Shown here piece by piece: positions 29,252-45,112 of a DNA stretch of 64,000 bases. The stretch is from the human T2T-CHM13v2.0 reference genome, Homo sapiens. How positions within the stretch are numbered: the first letter of the stretch is position 1; every line of letters starts with the position of its first letter. The translations under genes were made by a program, and so were the position numbers. The stretch lies in NCBI RefSeq assembly GCF_009914755.1, contig NC_060933.1; one strand, 5' to 3'. The notes beneath the pieces are model-generated. The model searched no databases, was not told the origin of the DNA, and saw nothing but the letters and a program-made list of their open reading frames with translations.

Positions 29252-31214
29252 TTTTGGAGGCAGGTGAGTTATTCTAGACAGAGGGAAGAGCTTGTCCAAA
29301 GGCCAATGTGTTTGAGGAACTTAGAGTAGGCTAGTTTGACTGGAACAAAAATATCAAAGAGAATGAATGACTTGGTCCTGGAGGCTGGAGTGATGGGCGG
29401 GAGCTGTATTAAGCCATATTCAGGATTTTGGATTATGCCATTCAGTCAGGGGAAACACATGAACAGAATTGTGTTTATAAAATCAGTCTGGCTGCTAGAT
29501 GGAGAATCATTCAGGAAAGATGAGAATGGAAAGTGGGGAGACCAGTTAGCAGCCTAGTAGAAACCTGTCAGTAGGGCTGGTGATGGGGCCTGAAACAGAA
29601 TGGTGGCTGTGGAGATGGAAAGAAATGGACCCTTTTTGAGATCTTCTCGTGTTGTGAGTGATTTGAAGGATAAGAGTGGAGGAAAGTCAAGGATGACTCT
29701 GGGATTCTGGCTTGAGCAATTGTCATTATCCTTATGATACCATTTACTGAGCTCTGAGACACGGAGAAGATAAGTTCTGATTAGGGCAATAGCCATAGGG
29801 TTGAGCTATATATCGAGTTAAGCAAACATAAAGGAAAATGACAAAGTTTCATCTCTGTTACTTATATTCAAATTGCTGTTTATTACTGGTTGTATATGCC
29901 TTTTCACTTTTCACTAATTATATTAGAGGTACAACTACATTAGCAGTAACATATTAGATATGTACAGTATTTTGCTCATTTATTTGCCCAATAAGCACTG
30001 ATGCTTCCCGTGAGCAAAGATCTTCACTTGACAATGTGAGAAATACAGAGGTGGACAAAATGTGGTTCCTGTTTCCAAGGAATAAATAGTCTGTTAAGGG
30101 TAACAATATATGGAGTCAGATAACTTTAAATAAAGGTTTGGATGCTCGGGGCCATAAGAGAGGGTCAGAGCTCCAAGATGTGAGAACTTAGGTCTGGCTA
30201 GGAAATCAGAGAAGGAAGATATGACCTTTGAGCTGGACTTTGACTTGGCCTCACACTTTCTGCAGAGGCAGTTGTGTGAGCCAAGGCCCAGGGGTAAAAC
30301 TGTTAGAGGTAAGATCAGTCTGGAGTGAAGGCCTGGGAAGGGGAGTGGTGGGTGGATGCTGGCTAGGGACTGAAGCCTCAGGACACAGGTCCACGAAGGC
30401 AAGGTTGAGGAGTTTGGCTTTTGTTCTGTGGGTGGTGGGGAATTATTAGGAGGAGAATAATTCCAGTTCTCACTTAGGAAGGGTAAACCATAGCTTACAC
30501 AGTGCTCTGGAAGGGTATTTTCTAGATTGTGTTTCTTTGTATGTCTGAAGCTTTTAGGCCCACAATACTTTTTGATGTAGAGTCTTCGAGGTCATTCTTT
30601 GTTGTGTTTGGTTTATCTATTCCCTATCGGGTTGTTTTGAGTTTTCCCACTATTCTAAATAAAGCTGAGATTGATATTTTTGAATACTTAAGAGCCAGGG
30701 TTTATTGAACTCATACTCTCTTCTAGAACTTTACTAGGCATGGGAGACATGGAGATGAATGGGTACCACCCTTGTCTTCTAGGAACTCATGGTCCAGGAT
30801 AAATAATATGATATTTTTTCCTTTGTGGTCATCAGTTCAAGGAATACCGGTCAAAATGGTAACAGAAGATCAAATTTAAAATTTAAATTCATGGTACAGG
30901 TTCACCAATGATTTCCTAGAGAGATTGAATTGCCAGTTTGTATTGTCATTCTTTAATCTCAGGACTAGTACCTGTTGGGCCTTATTATTTTTATTCATAT
31001 TTGGTATGACACATAATAGTACTCCATAGCCCTTTCAGTTGTGCTTCTTTGATAAGGTTGTACATTTTCTGTGTTAATTTCCAGCTTGCTTTCTTCATGT
31101 GAGAGTTGTCAATTCACTTGCTTTGAGCATGTGAAATGTGGGTATCTACTATGTGTATTTATGCCCATTCTTCATATATTTGTATTATAAGCTTTCCCCA
31201 CTTCAGGATTTTTT

Positions 31215-31790
31215 TAAATTTACTTATTTTCAGCTGCTTTATTGATAGATAATTTACATACCATACAATTCCCCCATTTGAAGTGTACAATTCAATGGTT
31301 CTTAGTGTATTCACAGATCTGCAACTGTCACAAGTCCATTTTGGAAGGTTTTCATCCCCCACAAAGGAAACCTATACCTATTAGCAGTGACTCCCAAACC
31401 TCCCAAACCTCCCTCCCTGAAGCCTTGGACAACCCCTAATCTACTTTCTGTCTCTATAGATTAGTCTGTTCTAGATATTTCATGTTAATGGAATCATACA
31501 ATATGTGGTCATTTGTGACTGGCTTTCACTTAGCCAGATTCATCCATGTTTCATTCCTTTTTATTGCCAAATATTCTGTTCTGGAATACGGTATTTTATT
31601 TATCCATGTCATTAGTTGATGGACATTCGAGTTGTTTCCACTTTTGGACATTTACAGAAAATGCTGCTATAAATATTCATGTGCAAGTTTTTGTGTAGAC
31701 ATTTATTTTCATTTCTCTCCGGTACATACCCAGGAGTGCAATTGCTGGATCATGTTGTACACCATGTTTAGTCTTTTAAGAAACTTCCAG
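31215..31790 (-). mobile_element. Old L1M 3'-end fragment
   Basis: ctttattgatagataatttacataccatacaattc...gttgatggacatt...aagaaacttccagac. Confidence 0.75.
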
Positions 31791-31939
31791 ACACTTAAAG
31801 GACTTTCTAGAATTTCTATTCAGTTTCATTGGTGAAAGCCACACTATGCAGTTTTGATTATTGCCTTTGTCTGAAAGGAGTTCTTACTTTTCAACTGTAA
31901 CTTTTCTGAAATCTAAGTATTTCTGATAGAAATTTAGAG

Positions 31940-32192
31940 TTCAAATTGATACGCGCTGTAAGTGTAAAATAGACCCTGGATTTTGAAGACTTAATATGAA
32001 AGAATGCAAAATCTCTCATCAATAATTTTTTGTATTAACTACGAGTTGAAATGATACTATTTTGGATATATTGAGTTAAATAAAATATATGTTATTAAAA
32101 TTTATTTCACTTATTTTTTTCCTGTTTTTATGTAGCTATTAGAAAACTTAAATTTACGTATGCGGTGTGTATATTTCATTTGGACCGCACTG
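31940..32192. mobile_element. hAT-Charlie DNA transposon (MER33/MER3-like)
   Basis: gctgtaagtgtaaaatagaccctggattttgaagactta...ttttggatatattgagttaaataaaatat...ttggaccgcactg. Confidence 0.7.
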
Positions 32193-33037
32193 CTCTAGAA
32201 GCAGTGCTAGTGTGCCTATTGAAGAAAGTAGCCCCAATTTGAAACCTGCTTCCCAGCTGTATGACTTTAAGCAAGTTAAAATCTCTCAGAGCAAGATTTA
32301 GTCTTTTCACCTATAAAACAGGAATAATAATTGTACCCACCTCAAAAGTTTGAGGGTTGAGTGAGATATATATATATATATAATGTTAAATCACTCCCTA
32401 AAATATAGTTAGTATTCATAAATGTTATTAATTATTATTGTCGTTATTGCTGTGATTACCATCAATTTGTCAAGTTGTTTTTTAATCTGGAAGAATTTTT
32501 TATTTATATTACATTAAATCTCTATTTAATTTAGAACTTTTTTTTTTTTTGATACTTAGTGTTTCCATCCAGGAACCCAGCATAACTTTAACCCAATTAT
32601 TGTGTTTTCCTTTATTGCTTTAAGGAAAGTTATATTATTTTCTTTAAATAAATCCTTCTTCCCCTGAATTACATTAGTACACATCACTAGTTTTGTTACT
32701 TGAATCCTTTCTTGGCATTTTCTAGATATTTAGCATTCACTCATTAAGAATGCCTAACACCGAATGTACATTCAGCTAATCTGCTTTTAATGAATTGTTT
32801 GATCCTTTTTGTGGCTGTGTTTTGTGTTTTTATCCTGCATCTCCACTAAACTTATCTTCTGGCACTAAAAATTTTCTTTGTTCATCATTTTCTGTGTGAA
32901 TGTCATCTGCTAAAAAACAAAAAAAAAATAATAAGGTGGTACTTTTCCATTCCTGTGCTCATTATTCCTCTTGTCATTTTTCCTTCCCTGATAACTATTA
33001 TTAGCATTTATCCTACTACATTAAATAAAACACCAAA

Positions 33038-33303
33038 TTGTTTGTTTGTTTGTTTTTGAGATAGTCTCGCTCTGTCACCCAGGCTGGAGAGCAGTGGCAT
33101 GATCTCAGCTCACTGCAACCTCAGCCTCTTGAGTAGCTGGTACCACAGGTGTACACCACCAAGTCCTGCTATTTTTTTGTATTTTTAATAGAGACAGGGT
33201 ATTGCCATGTTGCCCAGGCTGGTCTTGAGCTCTGGGACTCAAGTGATTAGCTAGCCTCAGCTTCCCTAAGTGCTGGGATTACAGGCATGAGGCACTGCAC
33301 CTG
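33038..33303 (-). mobile_element. Alu (AluJ-type, internally deleted)
   Basis: (TTTG)n tail and Alu arms. Confidence 0.85.
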
Positions 33304-33406
33304 TAATGTCAAATGTTGATTTTTGACTTTTAGTATAGAGTGTTATTTATTGCATTTAGAAAAACCTTTTTATAGCTCTAAATGTTTTTTACAAAATCAG
33401 GAATAG

Positions 33407-33673
33407 GCTGGGTGCGGTGGCTCCTGCCTGTAATCCCAGCACTTTGGGTGGCTGAGAGGCAGATCACTTGAGCTCAGAAGATTGAGACCAGCCTGGACAA
33501 CATGGGGAAACCCCATCCCTACTAAAAATACAAAAAATTAACCGGGTGTGGTAGCACGAGCCTGTAGTCCCAGCTACTCAAGAGGCTGAGGCATGAGAAC
33601 CGCTTGAACCAGTGAGCTGAGATCATGCCACTGCACTCTAGCCTGAGTGACAGAGTAAAACCCTCCCTCAAAA

Positions 33674-33708
<35 letters not shown>

Positions 33709-33710
33709 AA
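33407..33710 (+). mobile_element. Alu with a (TAAA)n tail
   Basis: Dimer. aaaatcaggaa flanks both sides. Confidence 0.9.
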
Positions 33711-34642
33711 GATTGAAAAAAAATCAGGAAGAGCTATGGGCTTTATTTAGTGTGAATTTTCAGTTTTCTGTTTCTTCCCTCTCATTAGGTCTCTCTGCTG
33801 CTCCAGCTCAGTATTACCTGCATGCTGGCCTAGAAGAAAGACTCCCTCTGCTTCTAGGTTGTGTGGGCTGGGTCATCTATTCATACAGATCCTAAATTTG
33901 CTCTAAGTCAGGGCCTGGGGGGGATCCTTGGTGGATAGTGTACACGAGACTTTGGACTTGTGCTTGTCACTTACATTTTGGCTCTGTGAGACAGTTTTTC
34001 ATATTTCCGGATCCTTGTTGAAACTGGAGATCATTATAAATGAGAGGGAGATGATTTTCAGATAAGTGAGGGCCTATTGCATTAGGCAGGGTTCCTGAAA
34101 GTGTTTGGTAAATGGATGAGAATAAATGATAGACCTTAACCGCAGAGTCCCAAGACAGCTGTTACTCCTTCACATTTCTGTTGTTCATAATGACAATAAA
34201 CACCTCATCCCATCACTATTTGACCTTCCTCAGAAAGAACCACTGACTGTTAGAGGGAAAAATCATTTGCCACAGGTGAATGACAAATAACTTGTGACTC
34301 GCTTTGTGGTTTCTCTCTTTGAGAGATAGAAAATATTACTTTCCTGCTTTTAAGGAACATACATGTTTTAAAAGTTGATATAGAGGGAGTCCTTGCTATC
34401 TGAGATTTTATATTGGAAACCTTGCAGTTACAAAGCTTAAAGGGAAGCAAAATTCATCATAAAGAAACAAAGAAAAACATCACCAAAGACAAAATCTTGC
34501 TATAAAATTATCCGTCATCAAACATCTGAACCTGACAACTCCTTGTTTCTGCTCACCATCCATGTTTTTCCTCTCCTGTACCTCTGACTCCAGCAGTATG
34601 TCCTGCCTGGGATGCCCATCTGCCTGTTCTTCTGTCAGTCCG

Positions 34643-34686
34643 TCCATCCATCCATCCATCCATCCATCCATCCATCCATCCATCCA
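34643..34686. repeat. (TCCA)n tetranucleotide STR
   Basis: tccatccatcca... about 11 units. Confidence 0.95.
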
Positions 34687-35121
34687 TTCATTGATTCACT
34701 CAGCAGCAGTTATTGAATATCTTCTGTGTGCCAGGATCTGGGCTGTATAGGTATACCCTAGACATGTCTCAGAGTGCAGCTCAAATGCCACCTCTTCCAA
34801 GTACCAGATGCGTCCCTGATTCCCTATTCCCTGCCCTACAAAGGTGAAACTGCTCTCCCCCTTCTCTGTGTGTCCATAGCACTTCCTGGGCGCTTTCTAG
34901 ATACTTAGCATTAGCTCATTAAGAATGCCTGGCAATACGACTTCTCTTTTAGAGGACAGTCCTAAGTTCTGCTAGTGGAGTTTGTGTCTTATTTGTCTCA
35001 AGAGGAGAATTGGTGTCTGCTCAGTTCTGCATCTTTCTCCATGATGCTTAGGGCTGACCCAGTTCGTGACCAACAACTAGAGTCTTCTCTTTCTCTTTTT
35101 CACATACTCCTTCTCTTCCAG

Positions 35122-35279
35122 GGCTAAAGTTGCTGCAGCTGATGGGCCCGCCAGGAACCCAACTCAGACCCTCATCCCTGTGCGACACACAGTAAAGATA
35201 GACAAAGACACCCTCCTCCAGGACTATGGATTTCACATTTCTGAGAGCCTTCCCCTTACAGTGGTGGCTGTCACAGCAG
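35122..35279 (+). CDS. FRMPD1: FRMPD1 exon 3: ...AKVAAADGPARNPTQTLIPVRHTVKIDKDTLLQDYGFHISESLPLTVVAVTA (start of PDZ domain; DYGF is the GLGF-type loop)
   Basis: ttctcttccag| ... G|gtaggg. 158 nt, continues the frame from phase 2. Confidence 0.96.
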
Positions 35280-36104
35280 GTAGGGGATGACTGGGAAATG
35301 AGAAAGGAGTTTGGTTTCTTAAGGGGAAATAGCCCCAAATCTCCCCGATCTCTCTATCCTATAACAAAATGCAGAAAATCCTACCTGGGAAGTTAGAAAA
35401 GGCACACCTAATTCTGTCTTGGGCTTTGCACCTTACTTTGATGCTGGGAGGAAGGAAGCCTCAAGTGCACTTGCCGCTCCAAACCCCAGGCTCCCACTGG
35501 CCTTGGCTATGGCGTTGCCCACCCTTGGCTCCCTGGCTGGTCTCAGGGGCAGTGAAAGTATTTGGCTAAGCTAGCCTTCCTCTTTGAACCCCACACGCTC
35601 CTAGCTGGGGATACTTTCTGGTCAGACAGTAATAGAAACCATTGATTTGTTTTCATTTGAACCTTGTGAAATACAGGCTGTACCAGGGTGGAGAGGAGCA
35701 GGTGGGGAAAGTCCAGTGCTTGTTTTCATAATTGAGGTGTGTTAATCTGGGATTCGTTAAAATGTATTGATTTCTATTTACTACACATACACACCAGAGT
35801 TTTTTAGAGATGAATGGAGTAGATTTACTGGCCAACTCTATTGATTTAGAAGGTTTCTGCTAGTTTTCTTTCTCAGGACAGTCTTCTAACATCCCTGGAA
35901 GTTGGTGATAGATGATAGGTACATTATCCATGGTTTATAAACAGGAAAATTAAGATCCACATGAGCCCAAGCCTGACTGAAGGCGGGGGAGTGAGCCAGT
36001 GCCCCTGGGAACTGGCTCAGGGTGCCATTTAACTGTGCCGCTATTACACATAGAGTCTGGGTCCTCCCGGCATGAGCACCAATTACTTATTTTCTGTCCA
36101 ACAG

Positions 36105-36207
36105 GAGGCTCTGCTCACGGCAAGCTTTTCCCTGGTGATCAGATCCTCCAAATGAACAATGAGCCTGCTGAAGACCTTTCCTGGGAACGAGCAGTCGATA
36201 TTCTCAG
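36105..36207 (+). CDS. FRMPD1: FRMPD1 exon 4: GGSAHGKLFPGDQILQMNNEPAEDLSWERAVDILR (PDZ)
   Basis: ccaacag| ... AG|gtacta. 103 nt. Classic PDZ 'LxPGDxILxxN' motif. Confidence 0.96.
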
Positions 36208-37056
36208 GTACTAAATGGTCTTCCATCATCTACAGAATTGCACAGATTATCAAAGAACAAAGATGGGCAACAGGAATGGCGTAACTGATCCCCTGATTTT
36301 AATAAGGCTAAGTCTCCTTTAAAGCAGCAAAAACAGCCTCGTTTTAGAGTTCCATCTATTAAAACGGCTTCTTGTTAGTGGCTGTTACAGTCCACTCTCT
36401 CTCACTTGCCTACAAAAGAGCTTGGGAGGCACAGAGTGCTGTATTTGTCAAAGCCCTGCTATGCCCAAGACACCGTGCTAAGCATGCAGGGAATGTAATG
36501 ATCATAAATAACCCACAGGCCCTACCCTCTAAGGATTTATAGGCACGTCGTAACATATGCCAAAGATTGAACTAAATTGATGCCAAATCTGTTCTTCTTT
36601 ATCCCTCTTGATATATCTTCTTAAATATAATTGCAGGTGCATCTTGGTTGGCATATATGTAGTTTCATTGATGTAGCACCTCCAAACCTTCTGTCTGGTG
36701 TCATTGTGACTTATGAAAATGCCTCGCTTTTTACCTAGACAATGATTTCCTGAGACCAGGGCTCAGTGGGTGCTCAGTTAAATGAGTGAATATGGTTAGC
36801 GCTGGGAATTGGCAACCCAGACTTTAAGACGGAGGAGTGCCATTGATAGGAGTGAAGAGGACAAGCAGACATTTTAAGGGCACATGAAGCTTTGGCTTTT
36901 AAATTTTTCACTCAACATTGTTCTAATGACTAGTATAAAGACAGATGAGAATCAGAGGTAGATGAAAGCTAACTTGAAGAGATATATATATATATATAAA
37001 ATTCAGTTTGTGATTTTTCATGAATGGCTGATCTGGCTTTGGGGTGGTATTAATTG

Positions 37057-37440
<384 letters not shown>

Positions 37441-38391
37441 TCAGGCAAAGAGGTAAACAGAAGCAACTGGGTGGGAAGTAGGGGCTGCTGAGCAGTTCAG
37501 TTTGCCTGGAGAAAAGTTCTAGGAAGTGAAGTCCAGATGATAGAAGGTCTTGAATGCCAGCACAGCATGTTTCAGTGTGATTCTCCCCCTGGAAGGGCGA
37601 GCAGTTGAAGGCTTCTGAGCAGGGATGCATGACTTGAGGTGTGCTGTGCATCTGTACCCTCTGCTGTCTTTTGCATGTGAGAATCCCAGGACGCCTTACT
37701 TTTTTTAAGCTTAGTTCCCAGTGTCTAAAACCAGCATGTATTATTCAGTGTCACGTGTAAAAGGTAAAACACAAAGCAAAACAAAAAGATACAACAACAA
37801 TGCCAAGAAAACATCTCAAATTCCTCCAAATAGCTATGAGGCCAGTATGTCCTTTTAGAGCACTTGCATTTGGGTTTATTGTGATTTATCTCAGAAAAGG
37901 CCTGTTCTCATTTAAAATGGAAAAGAGGAAGTCCCTAGACACTTAGACATCTTGGGTTGAGTTTATCCTTTTGAGGAAATAACACACCAGCAGCAATTGG
38001 CCTAAATGTTCATATTGCAAGAAGTCAAATGAAATTATTTTGCCAACTGCTTCTCCATGGTAGCAGTGGCAAAGAGAAAGGAAAATATGATCGATTTTCT
38101 CTGTTCTGGCCGCTAATATAAAGTAGAGGTCAAGCAGTTATCTGCTTGATTTGATCACTTTTGAAATCTAAGAGATAATGCAAGACAAAGATGTCTACTA
38201 TCTTGATTATATGATTGGGCTCATTACACCGACTTTGTGTGCCCAAACACCATAAACTCTTTGGCTTTTATCTGATAAACGTTATCCACAGACATTCATT
38301 CTATTTAGTGAAATGTTTAGCCTGAGTTTTATGAAATAGCAACCTGAGTTATCTGTGTTATTGCCATATTTTCTCCTAAAAATTTTTTTTG

Positions 38392-38702
<311 letters not shown>

Positions 38703-39056
38703 CTAGCTGGTTGTCACTGGATGAGTTCTTCATTGTATAGGACTAAATTAAGGCTAAGTGCCTTAATTAATGTTGTGGCTGTAGATATAGACTAGATGGT
38801 AGAGGTGAACTTACGAAAATTCCCTCCAGGTGGGAGGAGCTCTCTGGGTCAGCTTAAGTTCCTTTGCAGGTTGCTGCATTTCCCAATATCTTTCTCAGTT
38901 TTGCTGAGCCAAAAAAGCTAAGGCAAAGGAGGCTGCTTTATACTCATTCTGCCAGTCTTTTTGACCCTAACACACATGCTCACACATGTATGCATGCACG
39001 TGCATCCATCACGCAGAACGACTAAATGTTTTTGTCTTTATTCTTTCTTTTTTCAG

Positions 39057-39102
39057 GGAAGCAGAAGATTCTCTTTCAATCACAGTTGTTCGCTGCACGT
39101 CG
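39057..39102 (+). CDS. FRMPD1: FRMPD1 exon 5: EAEDSLSITVVRCTS (end of PDZ)
   Basis: Long pyrimidine tract tttcag| ... TCG|gtaaat. 46 nt, ends phase 0 (cumulative 408 nt). Confidence 0.95.
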
Positions 39103-39639
39103 GTAAATCTCTTTCTATGTCCTGTGTGTTAGTTTCACCATTCTTGGCCCTAAGACCCTGTTCCCCCAGAGGATATCCCTCATAAAGTAAGCGGGGAAGG
39201 CAAAGGGTGGAGGGTGACAGCTGCCCGGCAGTGGGTGGCCAGTCAGTCCATGTTATCTGAAGACCTCCTCCATGCAAGTACTGTGGAGGAAACAGATATG
39301 GTGCAGGCCTCAAGAATTTATGGTCCAGCTGAGGAGATGGACCTATGGCTATGCACAGTAGGATGATGGTAAGGGCACCAAACTGGAGTTTCAAGACAGG
39401 TTTGAGTGGTATGACTTTGGGAAAATCATTTAGTTTCAGTTTTCACTTTTGTAAAATAGTCATGACAATAACTGCCTTGTCTGTTTAATGGGTTGTTAGA
39501 AGGACCAAATGAGATGTTGGATATGAAAGTATTTTATCAGCTCTGAGGCTCACCACACGGCAAGGTGTGGCATAGATGATGCACAGGGAGGAAGCGGCAA
39601 TCCTAAACCACCACAGGCCGAGGAGCTCCTTATGTATTA

Positions 39640-41030
<1,391 letters not shown>

Positions 41031-41035
41031 TGTGA

Positions 41036-41410
41036 GGCTGGGTGCAGTGGCTCATGCCTGTAATCCCAGCATTTTGGGAGGCTGAGGGTGGCGGATAGCT
41101 TGAGCTGAGGAGTTCAAGACCAGCCTGGGCAACATGGCAAAATCCCATCTCTACAAACACAAAAACAAAAACAAAATGATTATAGCTGGCAGGGGCTTAG
41201 GTGAGAGAATCGCTTGAGCCCAGGAAGTCGAGTCTGCAGTGAGCTGAGATCGCACCACTGCACTCCAGCCTGGGTGACAAGGTGAGACCGTATATATATA
41301 TATATGTAGAGAGAGAGAGAGAGACCATATATATAGAGAGACCTATATATATATGACCATTTATATATAACTATATATAGTGTGTGTGTGTATATATATG
41401 TATATAGTTT
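41036..41410 (+). mobile_element. AluJ-type element with its tail turned into (TA)n/(GA)n/(TG)n
   Basis: Alu arms to about 41290, followed by a compound microsatellite. Confidence 0.85.
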
Positions 41411-42078
41411 GTGAAAAACATAGCATTCCAAATCTGTGGGAGAAAAGGCAATTATTCAAGAAATCAAACTTGGACATTTGTTTAAGTATTTGGAAAAAAT
41501 ACAGTCTCAACTCTAAAAATACAAACAATATGGATGGATGTCTGTCTGGTCATAGGCTGTAGAAAGGTTGCCTACGCATTTAGGGCGTGGAAGGAAGCAC
41601 AGTGGAACAAAGGTGATTTGATTACATGAAAATATAAACCTTCTGTGGTCCAAACACTTCATAAACTAGAAAGCAGAGAAAGTGTTGTCTCCTCTCTGTA
41701 TTTGACAAATGTTATCTTTTGTTTTTATTTCTTGGAAATAGAGTAGGAAAAAACCTACCTAATGAGGATGAAGATGTTTGCCATAAATATGTCAGACCAA
41801 GTATTTTAGGTATCGATAAATGGAAGTTCTTCTATTCTTAACAGAATTTGTCTATTAAATAATGTGAAACCAATATGGAAACAGGGAAATCTAATCAGTA
41901 TAAATGGTAGTGAAGGTGTTAGGTCCTTTTTGTTTAGCTGGTTATCATCTCATTGGAGAGTATCTTAATCTTAATCAGGCAGGTTTTTTCCTGATCTGTT
42001 TCCAAGAAATGAGCAAAAGAAAATACTTAATGTAGGGAGCAAGGGCAACAGCATAGAGCTGAATCCTTTAAATAATAA

Positions 42079-42649
<571 letters not shown>

Positions 42650-43369
42650 CTGAAGAATTTTAAAAACATTGCAAAATGATCATATATGTCTTGCTTTAGC
42701 AAGGAGCCTCATTGTTGTCGTGGTAGATTCTTGGAGTCCTCAGATTACTTGAAATTGATTAGGAATGATAAAATCCACAGTTGCAACATTAATCACTGCT
42801 TCCCTAGAACGTAGAATTTTATGAAAATGTTCTGGTTTAAATTTGTAGATCTGTATTGTCTATATTCATTGTCTATAATACATTAATTATTTGTAATAAT
42901 ATTAATACCAGTATTTAATGTCTTATTTAATTTGCACCAAAAGGAAATGCTACGAGGAAGATACACTCATTATTCCCCTTTTACAGATGAGGATGCCATG
43001 GGCCTCACACGCCCATGGTCTCACATGCAGAAATCAGTGAAGTTGGGTTGCTTTCCAGGTAGACTCCGGAACCCACATTCCTTAGTGATATGCTGTTGTA
43101 CCTCTGTAAACCCTGCTGCCTTTGTGAGTGACATTGTGTAGCCCAGGGCAGAGGGTATTGCCAAAAGATACAGGAATGTTTTCCAACATGTCCCTTTTCA
43201 GTGCCCTTTTAAACATTAACTCTTAGTTCAGCGAAAAACATGCACAAAGAGATTTTATCAGCTGAGGTCTGCTGCTTTCTGATGAATTAATTTAGAATCC
43301 AGAGAGAGCTTAGAAGTTCTAGAATAATGAGTAGCTCATATCCTTTGAATTGTCTCTTTAAAATATGAG

Positions 43370-43384
43370 ATGGCTGAAGTGGGT
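43370..43384 (+). CDS. FRMPD1: Candidate alternative internal first coding exon of FRMPD1 (MAEVG)
   Basis: gagATGG strong Kozak context, 5 codons, consensus donor gtaagt at 43385, phase 0 compatible with exon 6. No transcript evidence available here. Confidence 0.5.
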
Positions 43385-44579
43385 GTAAGTAGGTGGTTTA
43401 TAATATGTTCTAGATGCCAAGATATTCATGGTAGCAGAGCTGATGTTCAGGTATAAAAGTACGGGAGCCACAGTGGGGCCTGTGTGTTGGGCATTTTCAT
43501 GTCAGCATTTTTTTTTCCCAAAGCAGCCAGTTTCATGGTTGGGTGGTTCCAAATGTAAGAACGGCCCTTCTTCCCTGTGACTCCCACCAAGTAGCTCGGA
43601 GCAAGTCCACTTTGTATGAAATGGCAACGATTTGGAAGAGTGACCTTCTCTAGGCTAAACAACTGTGCCGTTGACCATTCCTCATAGATGGGTTTTCCTG
43701 AATTTTCACTTCTCTGAGAGCTTTCGGGACAAGAGTCCAATTTTATGGTGACCCTCCCAAATAGTGGCACCCAGAAAGGAACACAGTTCCACCAATGACC
43801 AACCAGTGCTGAGTACCATGGGGAGTGGACATGCACCAAGAACGCTAGTAAAGCCCAAGATTGGGTTAACATTTTCGCAGGCTCAATCACACTGTCGGCT
43901 TGGGTGAAACTGGTGACCAACTAAATACTGAGCTGGTTTTCAAAGGAATAGCTTCCAAGCCACGTCCCTTCAGTTCCATGCTTGTGCAATTGAATTGAAT
44001 TCTGTGCAATTGATTTTTTGGATGCTCAACACCACACTTCACATTAATCCCTGTCATGTTGCTTTTGCCCAGTGTTCTGGCATGCTGAGATTTTACAGTC
44101 AGGGAATTGTGGGGCTGAAAGGCTTATTTGTACAGTTGACAGCTGTAGTCATTTTCCAATGACTTCCTGTCAGGGAACCTCCTCTTCCTAAGTCTACCCC
44201 AGTTCCTTCAGTTTCCTGCCAGTTGATTTTCTTGAGCATGATCCAGCTCTGGGCCTAATTCTTCCAGGATTTATCTCCCGAAGGTGAGAGACAACAGTGT
44301 TTTCTTCCTGCAGATTCCTTTTCTCTCTGCATCTCTCCTCTGTTCTGCCCCTGATTTTTTATTCCTTTGAGTCTTTGGGGGGTTGGTGGTTGTACCTGTT
44401 GCTTTGACCACTCACTTTATCTTGTTCCCTGCAGCTCTTGACAGCCCAGCTCCTTATACCCTCTTATATTTGTTTTTAGTGATTTCCTGGCCTTTGACCC
44501 ATAGCTATCTCTGGTCCTTAAGTTTCTCATGCACCCTCTTTTAGATTCCCAGTTCCTTGACCTTGCCCCCCAAATTCTT

Positions 44580-45037
44580 GCTGCCTGATATCTGATGACA
44601 CCTTGCAGCTCTGTCCTTCACAGGTTTGGCAAGTTCACTCTCTGGGGCTTCAACCAAGGCATTGCTAAATATCACTGTTGAGGATTGAGACTAAGTTACT
44701 TAGTTAGAAATCAGGACTATTTTGAGTATATATATCAACTAGTTTATGAATCCACCTAATGGCACTGCATCTGGCCTTTTCCACAGGGGGATTATAGGAG
44801 ACCTTATCAAATGCTTTGCAAGAATGAAGGAATACTACTATATCCATAGAACCCTGGTCTACCAATATGGACTTCTCTCTTCAAAGGAAAAATGAACTTG
44901 ATTGGCTCTGACTTGTTCTTGGTAACTCCATATTGGCTGTTAGTGATCACTGTCTAAAAGCTCTCTGACTATCTCTTATCTTGGATTTTGCCGAGAAAAA
45001 AAAAATATATATATATGTATGTGTGTGTGTGTATGTG

Positions 45038-45112
<75 letters not shown>

